The position numbers were made by a program, and so were the translations under genes. The notes beneath the pieces were generated by a model. It was given only the letters and a program-made list of their open reading frames with translations, had not been told where the DNA came from and did not search any database. Positions 32,930-45,039 of a stretch of 64,000 bases of DNA are shown here, in pieces; positions within the stretch are counted from its first letter, which is position 1, and the number at the start of each line of letters is the position of its first letter. This stretch comes from Adineta vaga. Its lineage: Eukaryota > Animalia > Rotifera. The stretch is from contig CP075496.1 of assembly GCA_021613535.1 (NCBI GenBank), forward strand, positions 12,152,001 through 12,216,000, written 5' to 3'.

Positions 32930-35900
32930 ATGGAACAATATTTACGACAACGAATTGATTGTCCACCATTAGGTGGTACACGAACATTAATCGAAGAGAA
33001 AGATTGTATTATTAAAAGACAACAAGAAGAATTAAATAAATTACAAGCTCAATTTAAAACAATACAAGCTGAACGTGATTATTTACTTTCATTATTTTCT
33101 AATGAACAACAATCAAATATCAATAATAATAATAATAATAATCATGATCATATAATGTAAGCATTCTTTCCATCCAATTAGTTAATATAGCATGCTATGA
33201 AGTCATTTTTTTTCTTCTTCTTCTGATCAAGGTTAACTACGCATGTATTGACTTTGCGTAATCAGTCTTATTTAAGAAAGTGTATCTGTACATGAATGCT
33301 GTCATCAAGTAGACTTATAGATAAATGTGTAGAAATCCTATAAGATACATTTGTCGACTATCTGAACAAGTAGTGAGCTTGAGGGTGTATAGTGACAAGA
33401 TATTTTGATTCATCTCTTTTTCTGATACATATGTCATCATTCATCAATTTTGACAATAAAGTTAGCTCATAGCTACTAGCCTTGACATTTGTCCGTTTCA
33501 TAGCACATTTTCTTTTTCTGTATTTATGATCTAAAAAAATTAGAAGAAAGCTTTTCGTATAATTATTATATAAATATTTACTTGAAAAACTTATGAACAA
33601 TAATCAGAGGAAAATTATGGCTTTTCTGTCATGTATATCGGAGAAAATATAAAAAAGAATCTAACGTTAATCATTAATAATCTTCTTCTTTCTGTTTTAC
33701 TTTTCCTCGTCGAAAAAACATAATCAACTATGCTTGACATGTTAGCTATACGAACTATTGACTATAGAATCATGCGAAAGTCAATTAATAACGTTTTGTA
33801 CAATAACGTTTTCCCTATTGTCATAGAAGTACTTTCAATATCAAATTTTTCTCATCACATATTTCTTCTATTCTAACATCTTCAGAGGCATCTTGTTCAG
33901 TCTTATAAGTGTACATATGATAATGAATATTGACTCATATTTCTCTATGGAATGTAGATAGATTAGTTCAAGTATCAATTATATCTTTTTTATAGAAGAA
34001 AAAAAAAGAGAAGAAAACACCAACGCATCGATCGTACTTATAATAAATATAAAAACAATAATGAATTTTATTTTCTATTCTAGTCCTCAACAACCACTCC
34101 CAATAAAAATGACAAATCACACTGATAATCATTCATTATTGACAACAATCAATGGTCCAAATAATGCTTATGAACTTTCACAAGATCTTCATGATAAACA
34201 AATCGAAATGTTAGAACGAAAATATGGTGGAAATCTACGATGTCGTCGAGCAGCGACTACAATTCAACGTGCATATCGAAAATATAAATTAGAACAAAAT
34301 TTTCGTCATTTATGTGCAACGATAAAAACCAATAAACGTTTATCATGTACATTTCTTGATAATAGTAATAATACGACGATTCATAATCATCAAATTCAAA
34401 CGATAAAACCTCTAAAACCATGTTTAAGAACAAAGTCTTCGATTACAACGAATACAGATGATTTACTAAACGATTCGACTAGTTCATCATCATCATCAAA
34501 TACACCAACAAATTCAGATTCGATACCATTAAATTTTACTGATCGTCATCTTGATTTACCATCGATTAATTTCGAACATTTTATTGAAACTACTAAACAA
34601 CAACAGAATAAAAATCGTAAACGTGTTTGTATTGTAACTGATACTCCACCGAATCATCGAAAATTTCCTGAATCAATTGAAACTACTGTCAGTGATTTTG
34701 TTGATGGAAATTTAAATAAATCACTCGTACTGATCGAATCAAATAATAAAACTTCCATACATATAAATGGACATAATGGTCTACTTAAAACACAATCACC
34801 TTCACCAACGAATGAACAGAATTTTTATACAAATTTAACTGATTCACCTATTCATCTTCGAAAAATTTCGTCACAAAAACCAACTCCACCACTTCGAAGT
34901 TTATCGTTGAAACCTCGATCAACTTTAGTTTCAACTACGAATACTTTACCATCACCAATATGGAAAAGAAAACCGTCATTAACGATAGCAACCCATGACA
35001 ATGATCCAAATGATTTTTCTCTCGAAAGTCCAAGTCGTTCAAGTATACAACGTTTAAGTCCATCATCAACAACAAGTTCCGATCGTGATAATATGAGTTT
35101 ACAATCAACCAGTAGTGGTTCAAATTCATGTTCATTATCAAATAGTCTGGAATTAAATAATCATCATCATCATCATCAACAAACATTACTGATTCAACAT
35201 CAACCGGTTTTGCATGGACAGGAACGAACATCCAATATAAGAATGAATGAAACATATCGTCGACGTTGTTATCGAGCTGGACTGAATATTTTTAATAAGT
35301 AAATTTTTGAATATTTCAGATTATTTCATCATAAGTTTTTATTGTATAGAAAACCTGAACGTGGTATTCGTTATTTAATTGCACATCGTTTTCTTGAAGC
35401 TCATCCTCAAGCTGTTGCACGATTTTTACTTTCACGAAAAGGTTTAAGTCGACAAATGATTGGTGAATATCTTGGTAACTTACAAGATCCATTTGCTATG
35501 CAAGTCTTACAGTAAATTATGATAATAAAATGTTATTTTCTTTTCATAACATTTTGAGTTCTTTTCTTCTTCTTCTAGTGCTTTTGTTAATGAATTTAAT
35601 TTCCATGATATACCTATTGATGAAGCTTTGAGAAAATTCCAATCATCATTTCGACTACCAGTAAGAGAGACTAAAGCTAAATGAATTAAAATCTATTCTT
35701 TTCTTTTGTCTTTTTCATTAAAGGGTGAAGCACAAAAAATCGAACAATTGATGAAAGTAAGTCTAACATGAAGTATACTTGAATATATATTTTCAATGGA
35801 AAAAAAAGGAAAATGATTGACTCATCAAAAGAGATTTTATTTCTTTTTTTTATTAATTCTTTTATTCAGGTCTTTGGACAACGTTATTGTGCAACCAATC

Positions 35901-37447
35901 CTACATCATCACCTTCATCGAATGTTGATACAATATTTATATTAGCTTTTGCTATTATTATGTTAAATACAGATCTACATAGTCGAAATATCAAATCAGA
36001 GAAAAAAATGCGGTTAGAACAATTTATCAAAAATCTTCGAGGTAAGAAGAAATTCATTTGTATCTCTTTATATCGATATAAATCGAAAGGAAATTATGTA
36101 ATTTGATAGAACATTTCTTCGTTGCATGCTTGTGTGTATGTCTGACGATTGGTTATGTATTTAGTGGTTGTCAATTTTTTTCACAATGTAAATACGCATA
36201 GAATGTAATATAATGAATCTTTTACCATTACTGCAGGCTATTAGTTGCCGTAGCAGGAAAAACGAACGACACTGATTGCCAATTTGTCACTTTCTTTCTT
36301 TTTTTTCTTTTTTGCCCGTCGCGTTCGCCTGCTTGCAAACACGCTCATGATGAGAAGGATTACAACATAGGTAAAACTTTCCTATGAGCCCTTCTTCTTC
36401 GCTGTCTGATTTCTTTTTCCACTGATCAAACTAAAGAATGTACATAAACATTCTACTTTCCATAGGATTCATATATATATTCGATATATTAGTTGCGTGT
36501 CAGATTAATTTACCGTTATGTGAGGTAAAATAGATGGAAGAAGAGAATGTTGATTTGATAAATTGTGTGTGTGTGTGTGTGTGTTCATTCAATGTTGATA
36601 CTATTACTGATGATAGTTACAAAATAAATCTCGCTGATTTCTTCTTTTAATGAGCTACATAAAACTAACACATGCACACTAACCGGATGCGAATCGCATC
36701 GCTCGCATCGATAGTTAATCGAAAGGATAACATACACCATCACGCGTCTATACATTCTCAAGAAGCTAAACTTGTTTGCTCGTTTTCCAAATATATATAT
36801 ATAAAGATGGAGAAGAAGAAATAGCACAGCCAGACAAGAATCAATTAGGAAACGCTTTTTCAAGTAAACAGTACTACTATCAGACAAATTGACCAGCTGC
36901 ATGAAGCAAATAGGAAGAGACATTGAGAGAGAGAAAAAGAGATGATGTTGAGGCATAATTCCGATGAAGATTCATTTTCTTTTTCTTATTTATTGATGTT
37001 TCTCGTATTACAAGGTTTATATCATTCCTATTGATAAATATCTCTTCTAAAATCTCATAATCATTGGTAAGTTTCTTTTGGTACATATATAAGCAATAAA
37101 TAATAGTGTAAGTTATCCGAAAAGATCTGACTTGATTTTCTACTATAATATGACTATGAATCAAGATAAGAAAATAAAATCATCGGCTTAGTTTTCTGCT
37201 GTTATGCGATTGCCATTTCTCGTTCTATGTCTTTTAAATTAAATAAGATTTGTATGTTGCATTCACTAGAAAAGCATCTTTGTATGTTGTCATCAATGAT
37301 GATGGACATATCGTTGACGGAGCGAAGCGAAAGAGAACAAAAAAGATGAAACAGATTAGACAACATTGAACTGATGTGAATATAAAACGAAGTCTTTGTT
37401 AGAAGATAAGTTCATTATTCCGATGCGCTCTCGTTAAAACGACATGA

Positions 37448-37483
<36 letters not shown>

Positions 37484-40310
37484 AAGAGAAATGACAGTAG
37501 ATTATAGGAGGAAAAAAGAAAAAAAATGATGCATGAATGAGATGATCGTTACGTTGCATTTTTTTGTCTTTTTTTTCCTATATAGACAAATATAGGGTTT
37601 CAATATACTCGCAAACGCGCATACACATTTGTAAGATTGACATGATTAGTGAAATCCAAGGGTGACAAGCGAAATTCGATTTAGCTGAGCTATTTTTTTC
37701 TCTCTTCTTGCTTACTTGTCTTTTTTCATCAATCCGATCTAATGTCTAGAGAATTTGAGCTATTGGCATTTCACTTTGGATTAGTGTAATAATTTCTTTT
37801 TCTCTCGTAGCATTAGAATAATTTTTTAATTAAGATCTTAATGTTCCATTGGATAAGCATGGACTGATTTATATTTTTCTTCGTAATTTTCTTCTTCGTC
37901 TTCTTCCTGAGTATAGAATGCCTATGAGACCAAGAAAAAGAAAAACTAGAATAGGCAATACGAACAAAGATAGCTAAAGGCTTATTTTAATCGAGATTGA
38001 TGCAGGCTATATTTTACAACTAAGTACGATAGATTTTTGTTGTAGTAGACATATTCTCTAAGTAAATCAAAGTGTTCAATCTCCTTTTTGTTGAGTAAAG
38101 AAAAACGTTTATATAGAAATGTGTATGCAAGCGGAAGAGAAAAGGAAAGTAGAAGAAAATCGAATCAAACAGTTTTTTTTTCAAATGAAGAAAAAACTGC
38201 TTACTTGCTATTACCGTTACTTAAGCAGTATCCTTCGCTCTTTCTTCTTCTTCTTCTTCTTCTCCTTTTTTGTAGATTCATCATCCGCTTAGTTGTTCGA
38301 GAGTAGTATAGAGAGAAAGATGATTTCCGCTTGCTGCACAATCCGACACTCATTCGTTATAGACAAGTGGAAGAAAACGCTTTTTCAAGAACGACCATTC
38401 ATTCACTTATTCACTCATTCATCTACTTGTTCTCATTATCAATCATATCAAGGTCTTTTCGCTTGCAAAGTCCTAGTCAAAATTGAATTTTGTTCTCATT
38501 TGTATCGACTTTGACGAACAGTTCTTATTCTCTATCACTAATAATATTAATGTTGAGACGACGACGACGACGACAATGAAGAGAGAGAAAACTATATATA
38601 AACAGAAATTATATTGACGAGAGAAAAACTAAAAAAAAGAGAGCGAAGAGAAAGAGAAGAAGAAGAAAAATCGATCATTTCAATTTTTACAATACTATAT
38701 ATTATAGATTGATTTTTTTTCACAAATCACAGTTGAGTTAGCGAATGGACGTCAACCAAATATGTCTCGTTCAACCGGAGAAAAACGAGAGTCAGAGAAA
38801 AAAAAAAGGAGAGAAAGAGAGAAGGAACGGCTTTTCCATAGCTTCCTCTCCAAATATATGTCAGAGACGAAGAAGAAGAAAAAACGCCAAGTAAGTTGCA
38901 AAAGAAGAAGAAGAAGAAAATCATCATCTATAAATCATCGACCATTCGCATGTAGTAGTGCCAGTCTTTCTCATCGTTCGCTTCTCGTTATTACGCTATA
39001 CTCTAACGAGAAAGAAAAAGAAAGAAAATTTTCTATGTCAACAAATATTTAATTTTATTCTACATATTCAGATTGCTTAATAATTATTATATTTTAGCAA
39101 TTGATGATGGTGAAGATCTTGATATTAATTATTTAACTGGAATTTATGAACGTATACGTACACAAGAATTCCGTCCTGATAGTGATCATGTTACGCAAGT
39201 GGCGAAATTTGAACAAACACTTGTGGGCAAAAAGCCCATCTTGATTGCACCGCACCGACGACTTGTATGTTACTGTCGTCTATATGAAATTTATGATTTA
39301 TCAAAACGAGAACGACTTACTGCACATCAACGTGAAGTTTTTCTTTTCAATGATTTACTTGTGGTAAGTAGAGACATGATAATAAAGTGCTCAATTAGTT
39401 AGGATGCCATTTTTAGATTACAAAGATTTCGGGCAAGAAACGTCAACAATTGCAGTATCAATTTCGGCAAGCATTTCGTCTATCAGGAATGAATTTATAT
39501 CTATTTGAAACAACATGTAAGTTCAATTGAAATATTTTATTTAGTTTTATCGATGAAATATATAGATTATCAATACGGAATACGTCTTGTACGTAAACCA
39601 GATATCAATCAAACCAATTTGATCACATTCAATGCACGAAATGAACATGATCGAACAAAATTTTGTGAAGATTTAAAAGAAGCAATCATGGAAATGGATG
39701 AAATGGAAGGATTACGTATCCAATCTGAACTAGATAAATTACGTGGTTCGTGGAGTTCACTCGCTGATGTTCCAACAACAAATGGAGTTGTTTCTTCATT
39801 AATTGATTATCCAACAAATAAACGTGATCGACCATTATCAAGAACATTATCAAATTCTCTACTCGATATGACATTAACAATGAATACACCACCAACATGT
39901 ATGTTTATTTCTCATAATTAAAAACAAAGAGCTCTTTCTTTTCTTTTCTTTTCATATTAGTCAATCATCATCCAACAATAAACAATACTGCAGACGTTTT
40001 ACCATATAGAAATTCTCAATGTTCAGTGGATAGTGGAATGGTAATGAAAGAAAATCTAAATAGTATTCTTTTAGTTAATCGTGATCATATCCTTTTCACA
40101 ACCAAAAAGTGTCCATTCGAGATGATTTTATGGTTACTTTTTCGGGTTGTGGATAGAACGGATCGCCTATTCTTCTTCTTCTCATAAATAGAACTTTTTT
40201 CAAATCATATTCTATTGTCTTCTTCGTTTTTCTTACAGGTATCCTTAACCAATGATTTCTCGCCAAATAATGGATATCCTCTTCGTTCAATTGGTATAAA
40301 ACTAACTTGA
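32930..40310 (+). CDS. IQSEC: IQ motif and Sec7 domain Arf-GEF (IQSEC/BRAG/Schizo family)
   Basis: N-terminal coiled coil, [23 protein letters not shown] motif [12 protein letters not shown], Sec7 [13 protein letters not shown] and FRLP|GEAQKIE (catalytic Glu), [16 protein letters not shown] domain [10 protein letters not shown]...[12 protein letters not shown]. Last exon 40239-40310. Confidence 0.95.
36564..36584. repeat. (TG)n microsatellite in IQSEC intron
   Basis: About 10 perfect TG units. Confidence 0.85.
37448..37489. repeat. Interrupted (AG)n microsatellite in IQSEC intron
   Basis: Purine-only run of AG units. Confidence 0.85.
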
Positions 40311-40500
40311 ATTAGGAATACATTCTCTAGATAAAATTGATGAAGCTAGTCAGTCAATTGTAAACAGTTTTCTGTTTTCTTTTTCTACGTGCGAAATGAA
40401 GAACATTGTCGTTTTTTTTTGTACTTGTATCAATTCCTTTTTTTCTCTTTGTGAAATAATGAAAAAACCACACGTATTGAAAGAATATACTTGTTTCTAT

Positions 40501-41403
40501 CTAAAAATGATTGAATTTCGAAACTTTCTCGAGATTTTCCTTGGCTTTCAATGTTAAATGATGGTTTTCTTGACGAAGTTGTTCATATTCACGAGAGAGT
40601 TTAGTTAATTCAATGCATTGTCGATTATGTTCATTGATTATGGATATTGAATTTACTTGTTTAAGGATTCTATCATGTTCAATAATAAATTGAGCAATTT
40701 GATTTGTTAATTTTATTAATAAATCATGTCGTTGTTCAACTTTAGAAGCATATTCATTGATTTGATATTTTTTATATCGATATTCATTTTTTAAATGATC
40801 AATTAAAGTTGTCTTTTGATTTATATTCAATTGTATTGCAGTTAAAAATTCGTCATAGTCAATATTAAATCTTGATTGAAGAATCGATGGTGAAATCTGA
40901 ATTAGAAGAAGAAATTTCGAATGTGAGTTTTTGTTAATAACACAAACTTGTTGTATGAGAGTTTTGAGAGAAGATTGATTAAGTAAATGATCGATTTGAT
41001 TTCGTTTAGCACGCATTTGTAGAAGACGTGTTTCAATAGGTTCGATTACATGAAGAATGTTCGAATCTTTTCGAAGATATTCAAGAATAATCGATAATGC
41101 TTTGAAATGTTCATGTAATGTATTAAGATATGTTTGAATTGTATGAAAATTTTTTGTATATTGATGAAGTTTTTGTAATAATACTTGATTAAGTTCGTTC
41201 GAAGTAGAATGATCCTTAATTAAAACAAAATCTGGTGATTTTTTTGATATATCGGAATAGGTTTGATGAATTTCAGCTGAAGTTTCAGTTATTGGACTTA
41301 ATAAACGATTAGGTAATGTACCATTTGAACAAGAATCTTCTTGAACGCATTGATCACATTCCTGCATAAAATTTAATTTGAAATGATTTTTTTCTGACGT
41401 CAT
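40501..41403 (-). CDS. Hypothetical helical/coiled-coil protein
   Basis: 300-codon ORF rich in Q/L/E/H heptads. Probably contains an in-frame short intron (~40899-40948). True 5' end is uncertain because there is an acceptor-like site near 41364. Confidence 0.55.
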   Translation of the reverse strand: MTSEKNHFKLNFMQECDQCVQEDSCSNGTLPNRLLSPITETSAEIHQTYSDISKKSPDFVLIKDHSTSNELNQVLLQKLHQYTKNFHTIQTYLNTLHEHFKALSIILEYLRKDSNILHVIEPIETRLLQMRAKRNQIDHLLNQSSLKTLIQQVCVINKNSHSKFLLLIQISPSILQSRFNIDYDEFLTAIQLNINQKTTLIDHLKNEYRYKKYQINEYASKVEQRHDLLIKLTNQIAQFIIEHDRILKQVNSISIINEHNRQCIELTKLSREYEQLRQENHHLTLKAKENLEKVSKFNHF

Positions 41404-43056
41404 TTAATCACATTACAAGTTTACTGTTTAAAATAAATGGAATGAAAAGGAGATGGAAAAAGACAGAAAATCGACGTATGGAAAAAAGTTACATAGATGA
41501 CAGTATGTGTTTGAAATGCATTACCGAAGATGTGATATATGATTGTAGTTTTTCTATCTTAATATTCTATCGAAAAGAAAATTTAGATGATATTTCACTG
41601 AAATAATTATTATAAGTGAAAGAGTAATTGATACGATTGAGATATTACAACATAGAACAAATCATTATCTTTCATTCTATATAGTTTATTTATCCAAAGT
41701 ATTTATAGTAAATCTCATATTTCTTTTGCTGATATGAAAACAAAGCTTCGTGCATATCAAATAACTTACTGATCGAATGTATCATTTGTGAATAGTTCAT
41801 ATATTGTATCCAATAGGCATCCTACTGGATTCTATCAACGATGCTTTTGTCATATATTGTTAAACTCATGTAGTGCACTGAATTGGATTTTAGAATACTA
41901 GTGAGTGCCATTGACAAATGACTGATCATATACTTATAATCTGATCCTAAGAAATCTTAAAAACATCTTTGTGTCAATAGTAATGAATCGAATTTTAATC
42001 GTTAATCATTTGTTGCGTAACTAATATATTTATCATCATCTGTTGTTCTTTCAAATAGTCTCATCGAAATACATGTTACTTTCTCATGAGGTTCAATGAC
42101 CTCTTTTATTTAATATACTAAGTTTCAATACCACTGTACAAGGATTTTTCTCTCACATTGTTGATATACTCGAGCAATATGTTTCATCATTGTGAGAAAA
42201 TGAGATGCTTTGATGAAATAAATCTTGAGCATGTACGTAGTTCGAGTATTCTTTTATTTAAAGAGTATCTCGGTAATTGAGTACATATCTGTTTCTACAT
42301 ACATTAAAGTACTGTCTCGTGATAGGTCATGGCTATATCTGGACTGTAGTGAGATAATGTACTAACTATAAACTGTGCTGTACTATTTTTCTTAACCTTC
42401 ACAAAATATTAAAATTGATCCATGTTAAATTCAAACACTTGCCATATTTGTTGATTTTATCTTTATAATTTTATTACGATGAAAATGTCTTTTCTTATGA
42501 ATAAATGGAGTCGTTGATAGATGTCTGATTCGAACGGTATTTATTGCTTTTGAAGAAAAAAACAAACAATATTACGTCTATTTCCATCCACCTCTCAGTG
42601 TCCTTGACGATATTTCTTCTCTTCTTCCTCCGCAGTCTATTTCCAATCTTTTCTCGCTAGATATGCACAGATGTCAGAAGCAAAAGCTTTTTTATCTTGT
42701 GGGTTTCGTTCTATATGTATCGGAAATAAACAACGACAAAAAATATTGTCTGAATTATCGCGAGGAAGAATTTTCTTTTTTTTTAAAAGATAATGAATAT
42801 ATTTCTCCATGTATAATCCCTATTTGTAATCTTTGATATGTTTCAAGAGTCTTTTAAGAAAAAGAAATTAAATATGTGCTTTGATATTCTATAAAGATAG
42901 ATATAAGTATGTGTATATGTGCGTTACAAAAAGAAAAGAAGAAGAAGAAGAAGAGGTGATATTTTGAGTAGAAAAGAGAAGGTGTTAAGGTCTTGTGAAT
43001 AGAATAATAATTATTATTGTTGTTGTTGTTGTCGTTAACATGTTTTATAATAATTT

Positions 43057-45039
43057 CTATCGTGTAGATGAAAGTGAGATGATTTCCACTGGTTGTTGAT
43101 ACATTGTTTTGGATGAATAATTACGTGATGAATCTGCATATGTTGATGATGCATCATCATCAAGATCTCGATCATTGAAACTAACATGTTTGGATGTTGA
43201 TACTGATGATGATGAACGTGACTTTTTTGATAGATCATTCGGTGAATCCGCTACATTTTGTAAAATTTTTTTACTTGTTTCAGTTGAAAAACGTGTTATA
43301 GCATTTAAATCATCATTTAAACTACGAAGATGAATACTGTTTGATAATGGTTGACTAGAATGAATATATGAAAAATCACGTGGTGTATTCGCGACTGTTG
43401 TATAATCATATAATGATGATGCTGTTGGTGATACTAAACTAGTTGTACGTCGTGGTGGACTATAATCTAATTTGGATGTTAACGTCGAACGATATTTCGT
43501 ATAATAATCATCCTCAATAGGATTTGATCGATGTTTTGATGGATAATCTTCATCAACTGAATTAAAACGATATTTTCGATGATGATCATCGTCAAGAGGA
43601 TTTGAACGAAATTTTGGATAATAATCATTAATATTTGAACGATGTTTTGTATAATGATCATCATCAGTGAGAAAATTTGATCGATGAAAATGTTCATCTA
43701 CATTATCATCATCATAATAACTATAATCATTTGCTTGTTCTTTTAACGGTACACGTACATCACGATTTGAATAAGATTTTAAACGTGTTTCATAATCAGG
43801 ACTTGGTGCATGTTGTGATTGATGTAAATGTGAAGCAATACCATAATGATATTGATTGTATTTACTTGTTGGCTGTGTATCAGGTACAGAAAGTAATGAT
43901 GCATACGTTTCACTAAATAATGGCATAACTGTTGGTGGTATTGCTGTTCGATATGGACTATATGCACGCATTATTTCATGATCGGGTTGTAATTTTAGAT
44001 TAATTTTTTCTAATTTATTACTCATATTTGATTCAAATTGCCGATAACGTCCAAGAGCTGTTTTCATATCCGATGATTTTTCTTGTTCTTGTCGAAGACG
44101 TCGTTTCAGTGAATGTGGCGGTGTAGGTAAATCATATTCAAGAATTTCAGCAGGTGTTGCTAACGACATTGCACGTGCAATTGTAGCACTTGTATTTTCA
44201 TCATTGATACCTGTTGCACCGCGATCTAATAGAACAGCACTTTCCATCTCACTTTCATGTCGTTGACGCATTAGATTTAAACATAAATCATGATTGCGTT
44301 GTCGATCTTGTATTTGCTCCCATTTCTGGTCACGCAGTGATTGAGCTTGTGAAGCTTTTAATTCTTCTTCCCGATCCCATAAACTTAATTCTTCTAATTT
44401 ATTCATTAGACGTTTTGTACGATGTTCACGCCAATTAGGATTTAAACGTGTACGATTCGTTTTAGGTACATATTTTTTTTCTTCTTTATTTGGCGAAGGA
44501 TTTGATGTTTCAAGTTTATAACTTTCCACAAGTGCATCAATAAAATCGACTGGTCGTCGTGACGATTTTGATGATGATGATGATGATGATGAATAATTTG
44601 ATCGATTTACATTTGAATTTGTTGACTGAGATCTAGGTATTTCTATATCTTCAACATTTGAAGCAAAATTAACTGAGCGAGATTTTGTTGTTGTTGTTGT
44701 TGATTCTTGTTCACGAGCTTTATTATCAATATTTTCTTTATTGATCTCTTCTGATGATATAGATGTTAAGTTTTCTTGTTCTTGTACATCAAATGTCGTA
44801 GATTGTTGATTATTGGATTGAGATACTGCTGCTGCTGCTAGTTCTTCGTCTTCCGGTTTGATTGTTGTCGAATCTGAGGTTGGAGTTGGTTCTTCTTTTT
44901 CTTCATCTACTGTTGTTGATTGTGGTGAAGGAATCTTTGCTGATTCTTCAAGTTTTACGGCAGGTTCGTTTTCAGATGTCGATGGTGCTTCAACTTCATC
45001 ATTTTTCGTCGAAGGTACCTCGTCTGCAACCGATGCCAT
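43057..45039 (-). CDS. Hypothetical 660-aa low-complexity protein with internal ~13-aa repeats
   Basis: Uninterrupted 660-codon ORF in AT-rich DNA. Acidic N-terminus, central coiled coil, and Y/H/D/S-rich C-terminal half. Confidence 0.8.
   Translation of the reverse strand: MASVADEVPSTKNDEVEAPSTSENEPAVKLEESAKIPSPQSTTVDEEKEEPTPTSDSTTIKPEDEELAAAAVSQSNNQQSTTFDVQEQENLTSISSEEINKENIDNKAREQESTTTTTKSRSVNFASNVEDIEIPRSQSTNSNVNRSNYSSSSSSSSKSSRRPVDFIDALVESYKLETSNPSPNKEEKKYVPKTNRTRLNPNWREHRTKRLMNKLEELSLWDREEELKASQAQSLRDQKWEQIQDRQRNHDLCLNLMRQRHESEMESAVLLDRGATGINDENTSATIARAMSLATPAEILEYDLPTPPHSLKRRLRQEQEKSSDMKTALGRYRQFESNMSNKLEKINLKLQPDHEIMRAYSPYRTAIPPTVMPLFSETYASLLSVPDTQPTSKYNQYHYGIASHLHQSQHAPSPDYETRLKSYSNRDVRVPLKEQANDYSYYDDDNVDEHFHRSNFLTDDDHYTKHRSNINDYYPKFRSNPLDDDHHRKYRFNSVDEDYPSKHRSNPIEDDYYTKYRSTLTSKLDYSPPRRTTSLVSPTASSLYDYTTVANTPRDFSYIHSSQPLSNSIHLRSLNDDLNAITRFSTETSKKILQNVADSPNDLSKKSRSSSSVSTSKHVSFNDRDLDDDASSTYADSSRNYSSKTMYQQPVEIISLSSTR

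Noticed and set aside
36585-39052. ORFs within the large IQSEC intron as nested genes
   Set aside because: Low-complexity and microsatellite-driven, with no recognisable domain.
40087-40250. ATATCCTTTT at 40087 and GTATCCTTAAC at 40239 resemble U12 donor and branch sites
   Set aside because: There is no AC/AG 10-20 nt after the branch-like motif. A normal GT-AG intron 40041-40238 gives a sensible frame (SVDSGM|VSLT). Roughly one such 9-mer is expected by chance in 64 kb of AT-rich DNA.
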